A stretch of DNA of 64,000 bases, from NCBI GenBank assembly GCA_963668315.1, contig OY764216.1, positions 416,001 through 480,000 on the forward strand. Reading direction: 5' to 3'. The notes under the pieces were generated by a model, which was not told the origin of the DNA, did not search any database, and saw nothing but the letters and a program-made list of their open reading frames with translations. Below, in pieces: positions 28,423 to 39,516 of the stretch (the stretch's first letter is position 1; each line of letters opens with the position of its first letter). Source of the stretch: Spirochaetia bacterium. GTDB taxonomy: Bacteria; Spirochaetota; Spirochaetia; DSM-2461. The translations under genes were made by a program, and so were the position numbers.

Positions 28423-29547
28423 ATGAATTTCACATTTCCCTCCCCCGGTTCCATGGGAGAACAAATCGAATTGAGCCTGTATCCGCCCTCCACGGATAAC
28501 TCCCTGCGCCCCTGGGACGGGGCTGACGAATATCTTATTGAAGCGCTCAGGGAAGATCCCGATAGAGGCGAGGCGGAACGGACGGCCGTAGTCAACGACA
28601 GTCACGGGGCACTGGCCCTTTCTCTCGGGAAGTCGGCGGTGATCTGCCTGAACGACTCCTTCTCGGACCGTACCGGGATCAGGATCAACGGCGAAGCGAA
28701 CGGGGCTGCCGACTCTTTGAATTTCGCCGGATTCCTGGACGATTTCGAGTGCGACTGGGACAGGATTCTCATGAAGATCCCCAAGACTCTGAATCTCTTC
28801 CGGTTCCAGCTGGAACGCATGGCGGAGAAGATTGACCGGCCCGTTCCCATCATGGCCGCCGGAATGGCCAAGCTCATGCCCATAAGTTTCTACGAGGCGT
28901 TCGAAGCTTCCGTGGAAAATGCGGAATACTCACTGATCCGTAAAAGGGCCCTGTATTACAAGGGGCTCCTGATTCCCCGGAAAAAGAAAGCGACGGAGAA
29001 CCACCAGTTTCTCTGGAACGACAGGCCCTTCGTCTCTCTGCCGGGCGTCTTCTCCTACGGGAAGCCCGATTGGGGGACCCTCTTCCTGCTGGACCGCTTT
29101 CCCCGGGTAGACCCGCCGGAACTGGTTATCGATCCGGGCTGCGGCTGCGGGATACTGGGGATTCAGGCCGCACTCACATGGCCGGATGCACGGGTCATCG
29201 GAACGGACGATTCGGCCCTGGCCGTGGAGAGCGCCCGGCTCTCGGCTCAGATAAACGGCGTCTCCGACCGGATGAAGTTCCTTCATACCAATATTCTGGA
29301 GGGAGTGGAAGACCGGTCGGCCGACCTGGTCATCTGTAATCCCCCCTTCCACTCCCAGCACCGCATTCAGCTGGAAAGGGGTTTCGCCTTTATTGAAGAG
29401 AGCGCCCGGGTTCTGAAGACCGGGGGACGGCTGTTCCTTGTCTCCAACCGGTATCTGGGATATGAAAAGCAGCTGAAGTGCGCCTTTCAGAGCATGAAGA
29501 TTCTGGGACAGGACAGCAAATTCCGGCTGTATATGTGCCGGAAGTAG
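28423..29547 (+). CDS. rRNA (guanine-N2)-methyltransferase, RlmG-like
   Basis: L.PWDGADEYL, NDSHGAL, PGVFS, DPGCGCG and CNPPFH. Confidence 0.85.
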   Translation: MNFTFPSPGSMGEQIELSLYPPSTDNSLRPWDGADEYLIEALREDPDRGEAERTAVVNDSHGALALSLGKSAVICLNDSFSDRTGIRINGEANGAADSLNFAGFLDDFECDWDRILMKIPKTLNLFRFQLERMAEKIDRPVPIMAAGMAKLMPISFYEAFEASVENAEYSLIRKRALYYKGLLIPRKKKATENHQFLWNDRPFVSLPGVFSYGKPDWGTLFLLDRFPRVDPPELVIDPGCGCGILGIQAALTWPDARVIGTDDSALAVESARLSAQINGVSDRMKFLHTNILEGVEDRSADLVICNPPFHSQHRIQLERGFAFIEESARVLKTGGRLFLVSNRYLGYEKQLKCAFQSMKILGQDSKFRLYMCRK

Positions 29548-29549
29548 GA

Positions 29550-29966
29550 TCAGGGGTCCAGATTGACCAGTTCCCCCGTTTCGGGATCCAGCCGGCGGTA
29601 GTAGCAGTTGCGCGCCTCCCCTCTGCTGTTGCGGGTGTGGCAGATTTTTCCCTTTTCCGGGCGGACGATGTACAGAAGGGAGTTCTGTTCGCAGTTCACC
29701 CGGATCTCCTCGATAAAATAGGCGTTACCCGATGTGAGGCCCTTCTCCCACAGTTCGTTGCGGGAGGTACTCCAGAAAACGGCTTTCCCCGTCTCCCGGG
29801 TCCGTGCCAGAGCCTGTTCGTTGGCATAGGCCACGAGGATGAGTTCCTTCGTCTCGCTGTCCTGCACGGCCACGGGCACCACGTCGCAGTTTTTACCGGC
29901 CAGGGAGGCCAGTTTCTTCCAGTCCAGGTTCAGGACGGTTCCTTCTTCCAGTTCTTCATGGGTCAT
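29550..29966 (-). CDS. hisI: Phosphoribosyl-AMP cyclohydrolase
   Basis: VPVAVQD, FWSTSRNELWEKGLTSG, NCEQNSL and CHT...CYYR. Confidence 0.9.
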   Translation of the reverse strand: MTHEELEEGTVLNLDWKKLASLAGKNCDVVPVAVQDSETKELILVAYANEQALARTRETGKAVFWSTSRNELWEKGLTSGNAYFIEEIRVNCEQNSLLYIVRPEKGKICHTRNSRGEARNCYYRRLDPETGELVNLDP

Positions 29967-30089
29967 TCTGCCATTATAGCGAGACGCGTTAGGGATTGGA
30001 AGGGCCGCCTCGGCGGGTCGGCGGGGGAAGCCCGGCGACGGGACCCCTGGAAAGCCCGGGTCCGGCGCAGCCGGACAACGCCCGGAATA

Positions 30090-31235
30090 TCAGCACACTT
30101 CTGAGAGCTCCTCTGCGCCCCCAGCCCGGGGAGCCAGGAGCCAGCCCGCCGCGACGGCCGTCAGGGGGGCGACCAGGACAAGGGCCAGACTGCCCGAGAG
30201 GGTGCGGAGGATCTCGGCGATGACGATTTTCATGTTGAGGGCCCGTACGACGCTGGTGGCCAGGGACTGAAAAAGCATGAGCAGGGTCAGGTAGCTTCCC
30301 GAATAGGCCAGGAGGAGGGTCGTGGTCATGGTGCCGATGACCGCCCGGCCGATGGTGAATCCCGAGAGGATCAGTTCGCCCTTTCCGATATCGGGCTTTT
30401 TGATGAGGATTTCCTCCATGGAGGTGGCCACGTCCATCGCGATGTCCATGGCCGCTCCGGAGGCTCCTATGATGATGGAAGCGAAAAAGACCTCCCGGAT
30501 GTTCAGATCGAGGTGGCCCGAGAAGAGGAGCGTTTCGCTGTAGGGGCAGGTGAAGCCTCTCAGATCCATGAGGGCGCCGAATATCTGGGTCAGGACGAAG
30601 GTGACCGTCAGGCCGGAGAGGGTTCCCAGAAAGGCGGCCGTCCCCCGGCGGGTGAAGCCGGCCACGGAGAAGATGATGACGCCGGAGAGAAGAATCACCG
30701 TGAGGATCGTGATAAGGAGGGGGGGATAGTTGCTCAGAAGGGCCGGGATGAGCAGAAAGAAGATCACCCCCAGGGAGACAAGGAAGGAGAAGAGGGCCCG
30801 CAGGCCGACTTTCCCGGCGAACAGGATAAGGGAGAGGGCGAAGAGGCCGAAGAGAAGGGCCCCCCAGCCCTGGCGGATTTTATCCACCGCTTTCACGGGA
30901 GGAGCTCCGGGAGAGGGGTTGGAATTGAACACCACGAAGAGCTTGTCCCCTTCGCCGTATACCGTGTCCATATCCATTTTCCCGATGAGGAGATTGGTCG
31001 CTTCCACGGTCTGCCCTTTGAAGGGCTTGCTGAGCAGTTCCACTTCCAGCATCTGGTGGCCGAAGCTGGCGATGTTGGAGGAAATGACGTCGCTGTTGTC
31101 CACGGACAGAACGCGGGCCCGGATTTCTCCTTCCGATGACAGCTTCATGCTGATACCGGGCAGAAGAAGGACGAAGAGAAGCAGGGCGATAAGGGCCAGG
31201 AGATAATAGGGGGTCAGTTTCATCTTTTTATTCAT
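30090..31235 (-). CDS. YibE/F family membrane protein
   Basis: Multi-TM; GASGAAMDIAM and GRAVIGTMTTTLLLAY.G. Confidence 0.9.
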   Translation of the reverse strand: MNKKMKLTPYYLLALIALLLFVLLLPGISMKLSSEGEIRARVLSVDNSDVISSNIASFGHQMLEVELLSKPFKGQTVEATNLLIGKMDMDTVYGEGDKLFVVFNSNPSPGAPPVKAVDKIRQGWGALLFGLFALSLILFAGKVGLRALFSFLVSLGVIFFLLIPALLSNYPPLLITILTVILLSGVIIFSVAGFTRRGTAAFLGTLSGLTVTFVLTQIFGALMDLRGFTCPYSETLLFSGHLDLNIREVFFASIIIGASGAAMDIAMDVATSMEEILIKKPDIGKGELILSGFTIGRAVIGTMTTTLLLAYSGSYLTLLMLFQSLATSVVRALNMKIVIAEILRTLSGSLALVLVAPLTAVAAGWLLAPRAGGAEELSEVC

Positions 31236-31253
31236 TGTTTCCTCGGAAAAGGG

Positions 31254-31289
31254 AAAACCCCCGGCCGCAGGTTTCCTGTTACCGGGGGT
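31254..31289 (-). terminator. Hairpin plus U-tract between the alkaline phosphatase and yibE/F genes
   Basis: Minus strand ACCCCCGG...CCGGGGGTTTT. Confidence 0.55.
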
Positions 31290-31321
31290 GGTTCGGTTCG
31301 TTAAATAATTCCGGTCAGAGA

Positions 31322-32788
31322 TTACTGGAGGGGCAGAGCGGCCAGGGCGGATACGGCCAGGGCGATCTGGGTATTATCCTTGAATCCGCCTACCATTTCC
31401 GATCCGACGCCGATGGCGCTCATGGGAATGGATGTTCCCGAGTGGGCGTAGGTGGTGAAGTACATGTTGGCCCTTTCGTCGATGATGTGGGTCACGGCGA
31501 TGGCCACGGGGTTGTAGCCGCCGTAGGTTCCGCCCACGGCAGCGCCGCCGTCCACATCGTCCATGGCTTCCAGGATGGAAGCTTTTTCCCCGTCGGTCAG
31601 ATTTCCCAGGCCGCAGTTGGCGGCGATGTAGGAGAAGAAAGCGTCCCGGTCTCCGTTATAGGCGAACTGGAGGGTATCTTCCACGGAAACTTTGACGTTG
31701 TCGAGCACGTCCATGTTCAGGAAGTAGTTCGCTCCGAAGCCGAGGCCCATACCGCCCGTTTCATGGTCGCCCACGACAATAACGGCGGTTTCGTCGGGAT
31801 GGGCTTCGTAAAAGTCCAGAGCCACCTTTACCGCATCGTCAAAGGCGAAGGTATCGTAGACGGCGCCGGCGACATCGTTGGCATGGCAGGCGTGGTCGAT
31901 CCGTCCGCCCTCCACCATCAGGAAAAAGCCCTTTTCGTACCGGGAGAGAACTTCCACGCCCTTTTCGGTCATTTCGGCCAGGCTGGGACAGTTGTTCTCG
32001 CTATTGATTCGGTCCAGTTCATAGGGGTTGTGGGTATAGGTGAAGGCGGCGAAGACCTGCTCTTCCCCCTGGGGAGTATAGGCGGCGAAATCATCGGCGC
32101 CCTGGGCTCCGATAAAGGTGTTGTAGCCTTCGTCGGCAAAGAGGGCCACCACGTCCACGCCGTCCTTTCTCTTGGATTTCATCTTGGCTCCCACCGCATC
32201 GACGGCGCCGTATTTGCCGGGGTCCGTGTCGGAGATAAAGTGGCGGGCGCCGCCGCCGGCGAAGAAGTCCACGCCGCTGTCGGCGAAATCCAGGGCGATG
32301 CCGTTTTCATCGTTCCGGTCGGGATTGTGGGAAGCGAAGCAGGCGGGGGTGGCGTGGGTCAGGCGGGTGGTGGAGATGAGTCCGGTGCCCATGCCTTTCT
32401 CTTCGGCGGATTCCACGAGGGTCTTCAGGACGGTTCCGTCGGGAAGCTCGGCGATCATGCCGTTGTCCGTTTTGTATCCGGCGGCCAGGGCCGTGGCGGC
32501 GGCGGCCGAATCGGTTACCAGAGAGCTGGAAGAGTGGGTTGTGTTGATTCCCGATACGGGAAGGGTGTTCATGGCCAGATGGGCCGATGCATCGCCGGTC
32601 TTGTGCTGCAGGTAGTACTCGGATACCTGCCTCTGCGCGGCTCCGAGACCGTCACCGATCAGGTAGAATACATATTTGGGGGGATTTTTTACGGCGAATT
32701 CCGCGGAAGCGGTGTCTTTCTGCCCGTTGGCGCACACTCCGGCGATGGCGGCCAGCGTCACGAGCAGCATGGATAATGCTCTTTTCAT
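31322..32788 (-). CDS. Secreted alkaline phosphatase (PhoA family)
   Basis: Signal peptide, IGDG, VTDSAAAATA (catalytic Ser), THATPA, EGGRIDHACH and GDHETGG. Start trimmed to ATG 32788. Confidence 0.93.
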   Translation of the reverse strand: MKRALSMLLVTLAAIAGVCANGQKDTASAEFAVKNPPKYVFYLIGDGLGAAQRQVSEYYLQHKTGDASAHLAMNTLPVSGINTTHSSSSLVTDSAAAATALAAGYKTDNGMIAELPDGTVLKTLVESAEEKGMGTGLISTTRLTHATPACFASHNPDRNDENGIALDFADSGVDFFAGGGARHFISDTDPGKYGAVDAVGAKMKSKRKDGVDVVALFADEGYNTFIGAQGADDFAAYTPQGEEQVFAAFTYTHNPYELDRINSENNCPSLAEMTEKGVEVLSRYEKGFFLMVEGGRIDHACHANDVAGAVYDTFAFDDAVKVALDFYEAHPDETAVIVVGDHETGGMGLGFGANYFLNMDVLDNVKVSVEDTLQFAYNGDRDAFFSYIAANCGLGNLTDGEKASILEAMDDVDGGAAVGGTYGGYNPVAIAVTHIIDERANMYFTTYAHSGTSIPMSAIGVGSEMVGGFKDNTQIALAVSALAALPLQ

Positions 32789-33034
32789 TTTTTTCTCCTT
32801 ACGTTCATGGACGGGAAGGTCTGAGTCATCCCTTCCGGCCTGTTCTTCAAACGACCTAAAGAATGGGCCGCCCATGTTTCCTTTTTATTCGCCTTCGGTT
32901 AGTAGTACGTTAACATCAGTATACATTTACTACCTTTTCATTAGTATTTAGCCTGTTCTCCCTTCCTCCACGGCAGGACGGGCTAAATGTAAAAAAAGCT
33001 TGCATTTAGGGAATTTATAGCCTAAAATCAATTC

Positions 33035-34246
33035 ATGGATTACGGCTCCCTCTCCCGTGATGAATTAATTAAGGAACTGGAAGAAGCTCATTGTCAAAAC
33101 AGTTCAATTCTTTCTCTCCTTTCCACTTTGAGAGACGGTATTATCACGATTAACCGCGAGGGACGCATCCTGTTCATGAACAGAATGGCGGAAGAGCTGA
33201 CCGGATGGAGTTCGGAAGAGGCTCAGGGACAGCTTCACAGCGAAGTCCTGACGTTTATCGATCACTTCACTTCAGAGCCGATTACCCTGAATCTCAGAGA
33301 AATCCGGGAGGACAACACGATCAGGGAGTACTCCGGATTCGTGGATATTCTCGATAAAAGGCACACGGCTCACCACATATCCCTTCGCTTTCTTCCCTTT
33401 GAGGGGATCTGTCCCGATTCGGACATGGTGATTAATATTCACGACATCACCGAAACCCGCCATTTGCGCGAAGAGATTAACCGGGTTCAGAAACTGGATG
33501 CGCTGAGCAAGCTGGCCGGCGGGATCGCCCACTCTTTCAACAACATGCTGACAGGTATCATGGGCTTTTCCGAGCTGATAACCCAGGAATTGGACGAAGA
33601 GATGAATTCCGATCTTTTTGCCTACAACCAGGTCATTCTGGAAACCTGCGAAAGGGCTTCCGACGTGACCGGGGAACTGCTCAATTTCTCACGAAGGAGA
33701 AATCTCGGCTACGTCAGAATCGATCTGAACGAACAGATTGAAGCGGCGATTACTACGCTGAAAACCTTTCTCGGCACGAAGATCACCCTGGAGTGGGACT
33801 CTCAGGCCCAAAACAGTCTGACCAATGCCGATCCCTTTCAGGTGAGGGAGATTATCACCAATCTGGGTAAAAACGCCCGGGACGTCCTGCCCCTGGGCGG
33901 GAAGATTATTATCAAGACGAAGAACCGCCGTTTCACGGAAGAGGAGTGCCGGAGAAAGTCCCGCCTGATGAATCCGGGAGATTATTATCTGATTTCCTTT
34001 TACGATTCCGGCCCGGGAATCCCCGCCGACGTTCTCCCCCATATCTTCGATCCCTTCTACACGACAAAGTCATTTATCGGAGGAAGCGGCCTTGGCCTTT
34101 CATCGGTATACGGATCGGTAATAAGCCACGGGGGGACAATCTCCGTAAAAACGAAAGAGGGAAAGGGGACCTGCTTTGAGATCGCCCTCCCCCTCAGTAC
34201 GCGGCAAAGCAGTTCTATAAATTCAATAAACCGAGACAGCCGTTAA
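33035..34246 (+). CDS. Cytoplasmic PAS-domain sensor histidine kinase (no receiver)
   Basis: PAS (N..AE.LTGW), H-box AHSFNN, N-box [18 protein letters not shown] and GSGLGLS. Confidence 0.92.
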   Translation: MDYGSLSRDELIKELEEAHCQNSSILSLLSTLRDGIITINREGRILFMNRMAEELTGWSSEEAQGQLHSEVLTFIDHFTSEPITLNLREIREDNTIREYSGFVDILDKRHTAHHISLRFLPFEGICPDSDMVINIHDITETRHLREEINRVQKLDALSKLAGGIAHSFNNMLTGIMGFSELITQELDEEMNSDLFAYNQVILETCERASDVTGELLNFSRRRNLGYVRIDLNEQIEAAITTLKTFLGTKITLEWDSQAQNSLTNADPFQVREIITNLGKNARDVLPLGGKIIIKTKNRRFTEEECRRKSRLMNPGDYYLISFYDSGPGIPADVLPHIFDPFYTTKSFIGGSGLGLSSVYGSVISHGGTISVKTKEGKGTCFEIALPLSTRQSSSINSINRDSR

Positions 34247-36443
34247 AGCTGGCGGAAGGCCTCATGAGGGAATCCATACACGCTTCTGACGGCCGGTAGT
34301 AACCGTCCAGTTCGGCCGGTTTTCCCTGCACCCCTCTCAATTCATCCACGATCTTCTCTTCCTGTTCGGAAAGTCCCTCATAGACGGGGATAAACAGTTT
34401 CTTCATGTCCCCGTCCTTATCCTGCTCCGCCAGAGCCTTCGCCCAGTATAGGGTCAGATAGAAATGGCTTCCCCGGTTGTCCAGCTCCCCCGCCCTTCGG
34501 GAAGGTCCCCGCCGGTTCTCCAGATAGAGGGCCGTTCCCCGGTCCAACGTTTCAGCCAGCAGAGCCGCCCGGCCGTTTCCGTCGATCCCCAGCTGTTCCA
34601 GTGAGACGGCCAGGGCCAGGAATTCGCCCAGAGAGTCCCAGCGCAGATGATTTTCGGCGATAAACTGCTGAACATGCTTGGGAGCCGAACCGCCCGCACC
34701 CGTCTCGTAGAGGCCGCCGCCGTTCATGAGGGGAACCACGGAGAGCATTTTCGCGCTGGTTCCCAGTTCCAGAATGGGAAACAGGTCGGTCAGATAGTCG
34801 CGGAGGACATTTCCCGTAACGGAAATAACGTCTCTTCCCGCAGAGATTTCGTCCATGGTCACCGTGGCCGCTTCCACGGGGGAGAGAACGGAAATGTCCA
34901 GACCGGCCGTATCGTACCCGGGCAGGTAGAGAGCGACCTTTTCTCTCAGGGCTCTGTCGTGGGCGCGGTTTTCATCGAGCCAGAAGATGGTTTTGCTCTT
35001 CGTAAGGCGGGCGCGGGTCACGGCCAGTTTGATCCAGTCGCGCACAGGAGCGTCCTTGGCCTGGCACATGCGGAAGATATCCCCGTCATGCACGGGCTGT
35101 TCCAGGATGATTCGTCCCGATCCGTCGGTAACCCGGACGGTCCCCTCCCCCTTTATCTGAAAGGTTTTGTCATGGGAGCCGTACTCTTCGGCTTTCTGCG
35201 CCATGAGTCCCACGTTGGCGACACTGCCCATGGAGGCCGGATTAAAGGCGCCGTGCTTTTTACAATAGTCGATCGCCGCCTGGTATACTCCGGCGTAGGC
35301 TCTGTCGGGAATGACCGCCTTCATGTCCTGGAGTTCCCCGTTCCTGTTCCACATTTTACCGGAGGTACGGATGGCGGCCGGCATGGACGCGTCGATAATG
35401 ACGTCGCTGGGAACATGGAAATTGGTTATGCCCCGGTCCGAATCGACCATGGCCAGATCGGGACCGTTTTCCATGCAGCGGTCCAGCTCCTCGCGGATCT
35501 CCTTCTGCAGGGCATCATCGAGGGATTCGATTTTCTTCAGGAGATCCCCGAGGCCGTTATTGGGATCCACCCCGGCCCGGGCCAGGGCATCGCCGTACTT
35601 ATCGAAGAGAGAAGCAAAAAACACCGAGAGGCCGTGACCGAAGATTATCGGATCGGAAACTTTCATCATGGTGGCCTTCAGATGAAGGGAGAAGAGCACG
35701 CCCTTCTCCTTCGCATCCCTGATTTCCCGGGCATAAAAATCCCGCAGTTTGGCCTTGTCCATAACGGCGGCATCCACGATTTCCCCTTCCATCAGGGTCA
35801 GATTCTCCTTGAGAACCTGGGTCGTCCCGTCCTTTTTATGAAAAACAACGGAGACCTTATCGGCCTTTTCCATGATATGGGATTTCTCGCTTCCGTAGAA
35901 ATCCCCTTCGGTCATACTGGCCACATGGGAGAGGGAGCCGGAAGACCAGGCTCCCATGGAGTGGGGATTCCTCCGGGCGAACTCCTTCACGGCCCCGGGA
36001 GCGCGGCGGTCCGAGTTGCCCTCCCGCAGAACGGGGTTTACCGCGGAGCCCTTGATTTTATCATAGCGGGCCTTGATTTCCCTTTCCCCGTCGGATGAGG
36101 GGGACTCGGGATAATCGGGAAGGGCGAACCCCTTCTCCTGCAGCTCCGCCACGGCCGCTTTCAGCTGGGGAACGGAAGCGGAGATATTGGGCAGCTTGAT
36201 AATATTGGCATCGGGCTCCTTCACCATGTTCCCCAGAATAGCCAGATCGTCGGAGACCCGCTGTTCGGGGGTCAGGTTTTCGGGGAAAGCGGCCAGTATA
36301 CGGCCGGCCAGAGAGATATCCCTGGTTTCCACATCTATACCGGCGGTTGCCGTGAAAGCCCGGATAACGGGGAGGAGAGAACGGGTGGCCAGCGCGGGCG
36401 CCTCGTCTGTCAACGTATACGTAATGGTTGATTTCTGTGCCAT
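34215..36443 (-). CDS. icd: Monomeric NADP-dependent isocitrate dehydrogenase
   Basis: [36 protein letters not shown] and [12 protein letters not shown]. Start trimmed to ATG 36443. Confidence 0.97.
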   Translation of the reverse strand: MAQKSTITYTLTDEAPALATRSLLPVIRAFTATAGIDVETRDISLAGRILAAFPENLTPEQRVSDDLAILGNMVKEPDANIIKLPNISASVPQLKAAVAELQEKGFALPDYPESPSSDGEREIKARYDKIKGSAVNPVLREGNSDRRAPGAVKEFARRNPHSMGAWSSGSLSHVASMTEGDFYGSEKSHIMEKADKVSVVFHKKDGTTQVLKENLTLMEGEIVDAAVMDKAKLRDFYAREIRDAKEKGVLFSLHLKATMMKVSDPIIFGHGLSVFFASLFDKYGDALARAGVDPNNGLGDLLKKIESLDDALQKEIREELDRCMENGPDLAMVDSDRGITNFHVPSDVIIDASMPAAIRTSGKMWNRNGELQDMKAVIPDRAYAGVYQAAIDYCKKHGAFNPASMGSVANVGLMAQKAEEYGSHDKTFQIKGEGTVRVTDGSGRIILEQPVHDGDIFRMCQAKDAPVRDWIKLAVTRARLTKSKTIFWLDENRAHDRALREKVALYLPGYDTAGLDISVLSPVEAATVTMDEISAGRDVISVTGNVLRDYLTDLFPILELGTSAKMLSVVPLMNGGGLYETGAGGSAPKHVQQFIAENHLRWDSLGEFLALAVSLEQLGIDGNGRAALLAETLDRGTALYLENRRGPSRRAGELDNRGSHFYLTLYWAKALAEQDKDGDMKKLFIPVYEGLSEQEEKIVDELRGVQGKPAELDGYYRPSEACMDSLMRPSASFNGCLGLLNL

Positions 36444-36480
36444 GATATTATCCTGATTGTGGTGTGATGCGCCATTATAC

Positions 36481-36511
36481 AAAAAAAGGGGTCCCTTGGT
36501 TAAGGGACCCG
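36481..36511 (-). terminator. Intrinsic terminator of the Gld-like ABC operon
   Basis: Minus strand GGGTCCCTT-AACC-AAGGGACCC followed by C and seven U. Confidence 0.85.
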
Positions 36512-36531
36512 CAGACCGAAATAAAACCGGA

Positions 36532-37389
36532 TTATTCCATGAAATCCAGGATATCCTTCATCTGATATTCGGAGAGGCGGAAAAAATCCTCCCCCCGGGA
36601 GCTTTTACAGATATAGCCTTCATCGTCCTTAAGGAAAACGGAAAGGGTCATCGTCTCCTCGCCGCTTTTCATTTCTATTTTCCACTCGGGGGATAGGGTG
36701 GTGAGGAAATCGGGCAGATATTCCCGGCAGCTCAGGGAGGACAGGGTCCGGATTTTCGATCCCAGTTCTTCGCTCTTACCGAAGGGGGTGTCTCCTTCCA
36801 TCCAGCCGGAGTCACCCCTGGTCAGAAGAATATCTTTTTCCCCATGACTCAGCCGGATCTCCGTGAGACTGTCCGCATCAAAGCTGAGGACCGTCTTGTC
36901 CCTCAGATCGCCGGGCTTTTCCGGCAGCAGGCTGTTCCAGTCTCCCGTTAAAAGATAAACCTTGTCATCCCCGGGGAACATGCCGTAGGTCCCGTGACCG
37001 GTAGAGGCCTTCTTCCCGAAGAGAAAGACTTGCTCGCCCTTTTCCGTGGCGATCCTTACTTTTACGGCCTTACCCTCTTCCAGCTGATAGTTCTCGTAAA
37101 GACCCGCCCGGGAAACCAGATCGGTCACGGCCAGTTCCTCAATCCCCGTCATCAGCTTATCCTCCTTGGACGCCATGACGGGCCTTTCCGGATCTCCCAT
37201 GACCCACTGGTCTCCGGATTTCCTCAGATGATGGGCCTCGTCATCCCCATAGTAGATATCGGTGATATCTCCCCTTTCAGGAGCTTTCCAGGAGGGCAGC
37301 TTATACCGGACTTTCCCGTCGGGCCTGAAGGCAAGATACAGGATTCCCAGCAGGATAACCGCTCCGACGATGATAAACTCTTTTTTCAT
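36532..37389 (-). CDS. DUF4340-like protein
   Basis: N-terminal TM, YxL and DLRDKTVL; last gene of a GldAFG-like operon. Confidence 0.78.
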   Translation of the reverse strand: MKKEFIIVGAVILLGILYLAFRPDGKVRYKLPSWKAPERGDITDIYYGDDEAHHLRKSGDQWVMGDPERPVMASKEDKLMTGIEELAVTDLVSRAGLYENYQLEEGKAVKVRIATEKGEQVFLFGKKASTGHGTYGMFPGDDKVYLLTGDWNSLLPEKPGDLRDKTVLSFDADSLTEIRLSHGEKDILLTRGDSGWMEGDTPFGKSEELGSKIRTLSSLSCREYLPDFLTTLSPEWKIEMKSGEETMTLSVFLKDDEGYICKSSRGEDFFRLSEYQMKDILDFME

Positions 37390-39506
37390 TTCTCCTCCTC
37401 CGGGGTAAACATTTTTCTGATCCGCTTCTTCCTGCCTATCCAGTTGAACCATACGCCCACCCCGACAAGAATGACCAGGAAGGGCAGGACGACGATGTTG
37501 AAAACTTTGATCCCGGTCTTGACGCCCGACGGGAGCCCATCGCTGATCGGGTTGTAGTACTGCCCTTTGCTGCGCATCAGTGCGTAATCGCCCCGCCCGC
37601 TCAGCTGGTCCAGGCAGTTCAGAATGAACATGGCATTGGAAGACTGCCCCGAATCATCCAGGATATTATCCTTGAGGACCGAACTGGAGCCGACGAGAAG
37701 GATCTGTCCTTCCGTCCCCTTCTCCACCATCTTCTCGTCTGTCAGAGCCTGATTCAGAAGACGGCCCTTCTCTTCCTGCCCGGTCTGCCCGCCCTCTTCC
37801 GGCGCGGGAGGAGCGGGTATTTCCTTTCCGGCGAAGTAACTGTCAAAGGTACCGGTCAGGCGCAGGGCCAGAGGATAGGACGCCATCTCTCCTTCGGGGG
37901 GAGGAGTCATCATCTGGGGATTCAGATTGATGTTATCAGACATCTCCCAGGATTTGTCGCTGGATGAGAGGAGCGTTTCCACCCTGACGTCACCGGGAAC
38001 ATCCCCGGTAATTTCCAGGGGCGCCGCATCCAGGAAAATCATACCCTTCAGATTGTGCATGAAGGGAAGAGCCTGATTGACCTTTTCGGTCTGAATTTCC
38101 GGTGCGTTATAGAAGCGGATTTCCTGATATCCCCCGGCGGCGGTCTGGCGGCGGGACAGGTAGCCGTTCTTGTCCAGAAGGTAGCTCTGGTGTTCTTTGA
38201 CGCCGTACTTATCCAGCAGTTTTTCCAGTCCTGTCTGAACGGGAACATACTGGGGCTGGGCGCCGTACATCATCATCTGCTGGTTAGGCAGCTGTTCGTC
38301 GAAGGGATCGAGGAAGAGAGCCAGAGACCCGCCCCTCATGAGAAACTGATCGAGCTGATAGAGTTCCCAGTCGCTGAACGGTTCGGTCACGCCGGCAATC
38401 ACCAGAGTCTTGAGCCCCCGGGGCAGGGAATCCATGGTAACCGGGGTCACCTGATACTCCGAGGAGAGGAGGGAGTAGAAATTCCGGAGGGACTCTTCAT
38501 TCTGCGAATAGGAGTAAAGGGGCAGGGCGCCGTGATCGGACAGATAGCCGACTCTCTGCTGGACGCCGAGAAGCCTTTCGCCGATCTGCCGGAGGGGTTC
38601 CTTGAGATCGGCCGGCTCCTCCAGGCGGTTCCCCAGAATGCTCCGTGAGATCAGTTCTATCTTGCTGAATTCACTCCCCTTCTCCACGACCAGGGCGGCA
38701 TATAGCTTTCCCCCGTCCTGTTCGTCGGAACCGAAGCTGTTGAGGCCGTACGTTCCCAGCCCGTCCGTACCTGTTTTATCGGGATCGATGAACTCGTATT
38801 CCAGCCTGTGGTAGAATTCATTTTCCAGCCCCTTAACCATCTCTTCCACTTCCGAAGGATAGCTTTCCAGTCCTTCGCCCATCCGGTTCAGGGAGGACGA
38901 GAAAACCAGCTTGACCTTCAGGTCCTGATCCAGGGCCAGCAGGGCGTTGGTTTTGGAGGCCAGGTCGCGTATCATGCCGGTCACTTCATACTCCAGGTTG
39001 GTCCGCTTCTCCCGGTTGTCCTGAACGCCCAGATAATTGTTCCGTCGGGTCAGATCGCCCTGGATCATCGCCATGCCCATATAAACTTTCTTCAGGCTGA
39101 ACTGATTGTCCACGAGCACCTGGGTCTCCACCGGCGAGATGCCGTACTGGGCGGCAAGATCGGTCAGAAGAACCCCCTGGGAGTTCCGCCGTTCCCCTTT
39201 GCTGTCGATCATATGTACTTCATAGTTGAAGTTCCTGTTTCCCTTGCGGGAGTACTCCCCCATCAGATCCCGGACTTCCTGTTCCAGAGTCTGGTTGGGC
39301 TGGGGAAGATCCTCGGAAAGAAAGAAGCGCACCGTCAGGGGTTCTTCCAGGGAGGAAACCGCCTTGACCGACGCGTCGGATAGGGTATACAAACCGTTTT
39401 TCGTCAGATCCCATCGAAAATAGAGGGAGCTGGATACCAGATTGATAATGATCAGAAGGACCGCGTACAGCCCCAGTCTTATTCCGTCCTGTTTTTGTAT
39501 TTTCAT
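37386..39506 (-). CDS. GldG-like ABC-type auxiliary component
   Basis: RWDLTKNGLYTLS, LDQFLMRGG and C-terminal TM. Confidence 0.88.
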   Translation of the reverse strand: MKIQKQDGIRLGLYAVLLIIINLVSSSLYFRWDLTKNGLYTLSDASVKAVSSLEEPLTVRFFLSEDLPQPNQTLEQEVRDLMGEYSRKGNRNFNYEVHMIDSKGERRNSQGVLLTDLAAQYGISPVETQVLVDNQFSLKKVYMGMAMIQGDLTRRNNYLGVQDNREKRTNLEYEVTGMIRDLASKTNALLALDQDLKVKLVFSSSLNRMGEGLESYPSEVEEMVKGLENEFYHRLEYEFIDPDKTGTDGLGTYGLNSFGSDEQDGGKLYAALVVEKGSEFSKIELISRSILGNRLEEPADLKEPLRQIGERLLGVQQRVGYLSDHGALPLYSYSQNEESLRNFYSLLSSEYQVTPVTMDSLPRGLKTLVIAGVTEPFSDWELYQLDQFLMRGGSLALFLDPFDEQLPNQQMMMYGAQPQYVPVQTGLEKLLDKYGVKEHQSYLLDKNGYLSRRQTAAGGYQEIRFYNAPEIQTEKVNQALPFMHNLKGMIFLDAAPLEITGDVPGDVRVETLLSSSDKSWEMSDNINLNPQMMTPPPEGEMASYPLALRLTGTFDSYFAGKEIPAPPAPEEGGQTGQEEKGRLLNQALTDEKMVEKGTEGQILLVGSSSVLKDNILDDSGQSSNAMFILNCLDQLSGRGDYALMRSKGQYYNPISDGLPSGVKTGIKVFNIVVLPFLVILVGVGVWFNWIGRKKRIRKMFTPEEEK

Positions 39507-39516
39507 GTCTGCGTCC

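Noticed and set aside
31235..36098. Long plus-strand ORFs 31235..32776 and 34647..36098 (also 3556..4731, 48868..49920, 50731..51870)
   Set aside because: Antisense shadows of well-supported genes, expected with high GC3.
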